In this document: in pieces, positions 58,001 to 64,000 of the stretch | Position numbering within the stretch: position 1 is the first letter of the stretch | Layout: every line of letters begins with the position of its first letter | NCBI RefSeq assembly: GCF_009914755.1 | Contig: NC_060940.1 | DNA length: 64,000 nt | Direction: 5' to 3' (one strand) | Source of the DNA: the human T2T-CHM13v2.0 reference genome, Homo sapiens | Position numbers and translations under genes: made by a program | Notes under the pieces: model-generated | The model's input: only the letters and a program-made list of their open reading frames with translations | Database searches by the model: none | Told to the model about the DNA's origin: nothing

Positions 58001-61000
58001 TGTTCCATTCGATTCCATTCGATTCCTTTCGAAGATTATTCCATTTGAGTCCATTCGATGATGATTCCATTCCATTCCATTCCATGATTCCGTTTGATTC
58101 CATTCGATGATTCCCTTCGATTCCTTTCTTTGATGATTCCATTCCATTCCATTCAATGATTCCATTCGAATCTATTCCATGATGATTCCTTTCGATTCCA
58201 TTCGCTGATGTTTCCGTTCAATTCCATTCGATGATGATTCCATTCGATTCCATTCATTGAGGATTCCATTTGATTCCATTCAATGATGATTCCATTCTAT
58301 TCCATTCAATGATTGCATTCAATTCCATTCAGTGATTATCCCATTAGAGTAAACTCAACGATTCCATTCAATACCATTCGATGATGATTCCTTTTGAGTC
58401 CATTCAATGATTTCATTCAAGTCCATTTGATGATTCCATTCAATTCCATTCTATGATGATTCCATTCGAGTCCATTCGATGATTCCATTCGATTGCATTC
58501 GATGATTCCATTATATTCCATTCAACGGTGATTCCATTCGAGTCCATTCCATGATTCCATTAGAGTACATTTAATGATTGCTTTGTTTTCAATTCGAAGA
58601 TGATTACATTGGATTCCATTCTATGATACCATTCGATTCCATTCAATGATGATTCCACTCAAATCCATTGGATGATTCCATTCGTGTCCATTCGGTGATT
58701 TCATTAGATTCCATTCGAGGATGATTCCATTCGATTCCATTCGATGATTCCATTCAATTCCATTCGATGATGATTCCATTCCAGTCCATATGATCATTCC
58801 ATTTGATTTCATTCGATGATGATTCCATTCGATTCCATTCGATGATTCCATTCTATTCCATTCGATGATGATTCAATTCGAGTCCATTCGATGATTCCAT
58901 TCGAGTCCATTTAATGATTCCATTGGGTTCAATTCAATGATGATTACATTGGATTCCGTTCTCTGATTCCATTCAATTCCGTTCATTGACAATTTGATTC
59001 CATTCGATGATGATTCCATTTGAGTTCATTCGATGATTCTATTCGATTCTCTTCGATGGTGATTCAATTCTATTATATTGGATGATTCCATTCGATTCCA
59101 TTTGATGTTGATTCAATTCGATTCTATTCGATGATGATTCCATTGGATTTCACTTGATGATTCTATTCGATTCCATTCAATGATGATTCACTTCTCGTCC
59201 ATTGGATGATTCCATTTCATTCCATTCGATGATGATTCCATTCGATTCCATTCGATGATTCCATTTGATTCCATGCGACGGTGAGCAATTCGATTCAATT
59301 CCATGATGATTCTATTTGATTCAATTAGATGATGTTTCCATTCGAATCCATTCCATGATTATTCCATTGGAATCCATTTGGCGATGATTCCATATGAGTC
59401 AATTCAATGATGATTCCATATGGGTCCGTTCGATGATAATTCCATTTGATTTCATTGGATGCTTCTATTCTATTCCAGTCGATGATGATTCCGTTGGAGT
59501 CCATACGATGATTACATTTGATTTCATTTGATGATGATTCCATTCGATGATGATTACATTGGATTCCATTCTATGATTCCATTCAATTCCATTCGTTGAT
59601 GATTCGATTCCATTCAATGATGATTCCATTTGAGTTCATTCGATGATTCTATTCGATTCCGTTCGATGGTGATTCAATTCTCTTATATTGGATGATTCCA
59701 CTCGATTCCATTTGATGATTATTCCATTGGAGTCCACTTAGTGAATCCTTTAGATTCTACTCGAAGATGATTCCATTCGAGTCCATTCGATGATACCATT
59801 CAATTCCATTCGTTGATGCTTCCATTCAAGTGCATTCGATGATATCATTCGATTCCATTTGATGATAATTCCATTTGATTCCATGCGATGATTCTATTCG
59901 ATTCCATTCAATGATAATTCCATTCAATTCAGTGATTCCTCTGGACTCCATTTGATGATGATTCCATTCAATGATTCCATTCGATTCTATTCGAAAATGA
60001 TTCCATTTGAATCCATTTGATGATGATTCCATTGGATTCCATTTGATGATTCCATTCGATTCCATTCGATGATGATTCCATTCGATTCCTTTTGATGAAT
60101 CCATTCTATTGTATTCGATGATGATTCCATTCGATTCCATTCGATGATGATTGGATTCGATTCCATTTTATGATTTCATTTGATTCCATACGATAATGAT
60201 TTCGATCAATTCCATTCAATGATTCCATTCGATTCCATTCGATAATGATTACATCCGAGTCCATTCGATGATTCCATTTGAGCCCGTTCGATAATTCCAT
60301 TTGAGTCCAATCAATGATTCCATTCATTTCCATTCAATGATTCCATTCGAGTCCATTTGATCATTCCGGTAGGGTCCGTTCGATGTTGATTCCATTGGAG
60401 TGCATTCGATGATTCCATTCGAGTCCATTATAGGATTTGATTCGAGTCCTTTCGATGATTCCATTCGATTCCACTCGATGATTTCATTCGAGACCATTCG
60501 ACACTTCCAATCGATTCCATTTGATGTTTCCATTCGATTCCAATTGATGATTCCATTCAATTCCATTCGATGATGATTCCGTACGATTCCATTCTGTGAT
60601 GATTCCATGTGATTGCATTCAATGATGATTCCTTTCGATTGCATTCGATTATGATTCATTTCGTGTTCATTCTATGGTTCCACAGGTTTCCATTCGATGA
60701 TGTTTCCATTCGTGTCCATTCCATTATTCCATTCTATTCCATTTGAAGATGATTCCATTCGATTCCATTCATTGGTGATTCCACTCAATTCCATTCAATG
60801 ATTCCATTCCATTTCTTTCAACAATGATTCCATTAGTTTCTATTCGATGATCCACTTGATTCCATTTGACGATGATTCCATTCGTGTCCATTCGATGATT
60901 CCATTTGATTCCATATGATGATGATTCCATTCGATTCCATACGATGATGATTCCATTCGAGTCCATTCAATGGTGATTCCATTCAATTCCATTCGATGAT

Positions 61001-61151
61001 TCCTTTTGATTCCATTCAATGATGATGGCATTCGATTCCTTTCGATCATTCTCTTTGATTCCATTCAAAGGTGATTTCATTCAAGTCCATTCGATAATTG
61101 CATTCGATTTCATTCTATGATGATTCCATTCGAGTCCATTTGATGATTCCA
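55027..61151 (+). repeat. Higher-order unit 9, 6,125 bp; canonical to ~60.0 kb, then divergent lineage (-3 bp, +16 bp)
   Basis: Markers keep the +6112 register to 60324, then shift by +13 (60769 vs expected 60756). Substitution density rises from ~60030. Confidence 0.9.
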
Positions 61152-64000
61152 TTCAATTCAAGTCAATGATGATTCCATTCGATTCCACTCGATGATTCCA
61201 TTGGATTCCATTCGATGATGATTCCATTCAAATCCATTCAATAATTCAATTCAAGTCCATTCGATGATGATTCCAATCGAATCCATTCAAAGATTCCACT
61301 CAATTCCATTCGATGATGATTCCCTTAGATTCCATTCGATGATTCCACTTGATTCCATTTACGATGATTCCATTCGATTCCATGTGATGATTCCATTCAA
61401 TTCTATTCAATGATGTTTCCACTTGATTCCATTCGAACATGATTGCCTTTGATTCCATTCAATGATTCCATACGGTTCCATTTGATGATGATTCCATTCG
61501 AGTGCATTAGATGATTCCATTCGAGTCCATTCGATGATTCCATTCGATTCCATTCGATGTTGATTCTGTTCAAATCCATTCGATGATTCCACTTGATTCC
61601 ATTCGATGACTCCATTTGATCCCATTCGATGATTTCCTTTGATTCCCTTTGATGATCATTCCATTTGATTCAATTCGGTGATTTCATTTGATTCCATTCA
61701 GTGATGTTTCCATTCAACTCCTTTCGATGATGATTCCATTCGACTCCATTCGATTATGATTTCATTCAATTCCATTCGATAATGATTCCCTTCAAGTCCA
61801 TTCGATGATTCCATTCGATTCCATTCAACGATGATTTGATTCGTGTCCATTCGATGATTCCATTTGATTCCATTTGATGATGATTCCATTCGAGTCCATT
61901 TGATGATTCCATTCAATTCCATTCTCCGATGATTTCTTTTGAGCCCATTCAATGCTTCCACTCGATTCCATATGATGATGACTCCATTTGATGAAATTCC
62001 ATGATGATTCCATTCGCTTGCATTCGATGATGATTCCACTTGAGTCCGTTAGAAGATTCTATTCAATTACATTCCATGACGATTCTGTTCGAGTCCATTT
62101 GATGATTCCATTAGACTCCATTTGACGATGATTCCATTCGATGTTATTCGATGATGCTTCCATTCAACTCCATTCGATGTTTCCATTCGAGTTCATTCTA
62201 TTATTCCATTAGATTCCATTCGATGATGATTCCATTCGATTCCATTTGATGATTGCATTCTGTTTCATTTGATGATGATTCCATTCGAGTCCATTCGATG
62301 ATTCCATTCGAGTCCATTTAATGAATCCATTGGTTTCAATTCTATGATGATTATATTGGATTCCATTCGTTGATGATTTCATTCGATTCCATTCAATGAT
62401 GATTCCATTCAATTCCATTCAATGATTCCATTCAATTCCATACGATGATGATTCCATTTGATTTGATTCGACAGTGAGCCATTCGATTCAATTCCATGAT
62501 GATTCTATTTGATTCACTTGGTTGACATTTCCATTCGGTTCCATTCGATGATGATTCCATTTGATTCCATTCAAAGATGATTCCATTCTAGCCCATTCAA
62601 TCTTTCCATTCGATTCTATTCAATGATGATTCCATTCATGTCGATTTGGTGATTCCATTTGACTTCATTTGATGATGATTCCTTTCAAGTTCATTAGATG
62701 ATTCCATTCGATTCCATTTGATGATGATCCCATTCGAGTCCATTCAGTGATTCCACTCGTTTCCATTCCATGATGATTCCATTCCATTCCATTCAATGAT
62801 TCCATTCGATTCCGTTTGATGATGATTTCATTCGAGTCCATTTGATGATTCCATTTGATTCCATTCGATGATGATTCCATTCGAGTCCATTCGATGATTC
62901 TATTCGAATCCATTTGATGATTTCTTTTGATTATATTTGGTGATGATTCCATTGGAGTCCATTCAATGATTCCATTCGATTCCAATCGATGGTGGTTCCA
63001 TTAGAGTCCATTTAATGATTCCATTTGATTCCAGTCTCTGATGTTTACATTCGAGTCCATACGATGATTCCACTCAATTCCATATGATGATGATTCCATT
63101 CGATTCCATTCGATGATTCCATTCTATTCTATTCAATGGTGATTCCATTCGAGTACATTAGATGATTCCATTCGATTCCATTCAATGATGATTCTACTTG
63201 TGTCCCTTAGATGATTCCACATGATTCCATTAGATGATGATACTATTTGAGCCCATCCAATGATTCCCTTCGATTCCATTCGATGAGGATTCCATTCGAT
63301 TCAATTCATTGGTGATTCTATTCAATTCAATTCTTTGATTCAATTCCATTCCATTCGACAATGATTCCATTCGATTTCTTTCGATGATTCCACTCAATTT
63401 CACTTGACATTGATTCCATTCGATTCCATTCAATGATTCCATTTGATTCCAGTGGATGATGATTGCCGTCGATTCCATTCGATCACTCCATTCTGTTCCA
63501 TTTGATGATGATTACATTCGATTCCATTTGATGATTCCATCTGATTCTATTCGAGGATTCCATTTGATTCCATTCGATGATGATTCCATTCGAGTCCATT
63601 CGATGGTTTCATTCGAGTACATCCAATGATTCCATTCGAGTCCATTTGATGATTCCATTTCATTCCATTTGATTATGATTCTACTAGAGTCCATTCAATG
63701 ACTCCATTCGAGTCCATTCAACAGTTCCATCCGAGTCCATTCGATGATTCCATTCGATTCCATTTGATGATTCCATTCGAGTCCATTTAATCATTACAGT
63801 CGAGTCCATTTGGTGATTCCACTGGATTTCTTTTGATAATGATACCATTCAATTACATTTGATGATGATCCCATTCAATTTCATTTGATGATGATTCCAT
63901 TAGAGTCCATTCCATGATTTCATTCGAGTCCCTTCATTGATTCCATCCGATTTCATTTCATGATGACTCCATTCGAGTCCATTCGATGATTCCACTCGAT
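61152..64000 (+). repeat. Higher-order unit 10 (partial), divergent lineage with +3, -72 and -23 bp indels
   Basis: Register relative to unit 9 + 6112: +16 at 61403, -56 at 61825, -79 at 62665 and 63230. Many substitutions relative to units 3-9. Confidence 0.9.

Larger units (their letters stand above)
1..64000 (+). repeat. Human satellite II (HSat2/HSATII) tandem array, probably HSat2B subfamily (chr16q11.2-type ~6.1 kb repeat)
   Basis: Continuous CATTCGATTC/CATTCGATGATGATTC/CATTCGAGTC motifs form ~23 and ~26 bp monomers. Abundant TCGA distinguishes it from HSat3 (CATTC)n/CAACCCGAGT. The strand is the same throughout. The 6,112 bp period comes from repeated landmarks. Subfamily and chromosome are inferred from unit length. 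Confidence 0.97.

Noticed and set aside
249-63694. More than 100 short minus-strand ORFs (MESSNGIEWNH-like peptides, 60-132 aa)
   Set aside because: These are direct translations of the GAATG/GAATC repeat. ATG is part of the pentamer and the minus strand is stop-poor, whereas the + strand is full of TGA. The ORFs overlap in several frames, are gained or lost by single substitutions, and show no domain or gene structure.
1-64000. CRISPR-like repeat-spacer array
   Set aside because: The 23-26 bp repeats abut directly with no unique spacers, and there are no cas genes. This is eukaryotic satellite DNA.
1-64000. Strand inversion, Alu/L1 insertion or non-satellite island
   Set aside because: No switch to GAATG-rich sequence, no poly(A) and no unique sequence was seen. 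Atypical stretches such as CTATGGTTCCACAGGTTTCC and CCGGTAGGG recur in every unit and are mutated monomers.
1-64000. HSat3, or alpha satellite with CENP-B boxes
   Set aside because: There are no long pure (CATTC)n runs or CAACCCGAGT motif, no 171 bp periodicity and no CENP-B box. The TCGATGATG-rich monomers are diagnostic of HSat2.

Overview
The whole 64 kb window is one uninterrupted, single-orientation array of human classical satellite II (HSat2/HSATII). It consists of diverged CATTC pentamers arranged as ~23 and ~26 bp monomers (CATTCGATTCCATTCGATGAT[GAT]TC), with the CATTC strand on +. The monomers are organised into a 6,112 bp higher-order unit, which fits the ~6.1 kb HSat2B repeat of chr16q11.2 pericentromeric heterochromatin (an inference from the unit length). 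With the landmark TTCAATTCAAGTCAATG as unit start, units begin at 1, 8012, 18427, 24539, 30651, 36691, 42803, 48915, 55027 and 61152, giving lengths of 8011, 10415, 6112, 6112, 6040, 6112, 6112, 6112 and 6125 plus a partial unit. The length deviations resolve to specific events: a 1,899 bp internal duplication (present twice), a 2,404 bp duplication, a 72 bp (3-monomer) deletion, and a switch at ~60.0 kb to a more diverged unit lineage with its own indels. Shared point variants define two recent whole-unit tandem duplications and several longer-range mosaic relationships. I found no credible genes, RNA genes, transposons or CRISPR arrays; the listed ORFs are translation artefacts of the satellite. 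I found no new gene-encoded system. The points of interest are array architecture and evolution, plus a regular array of DUX4-type motifs and CpGs. All comparisons were made by eye, aided by ORF-track offsets.
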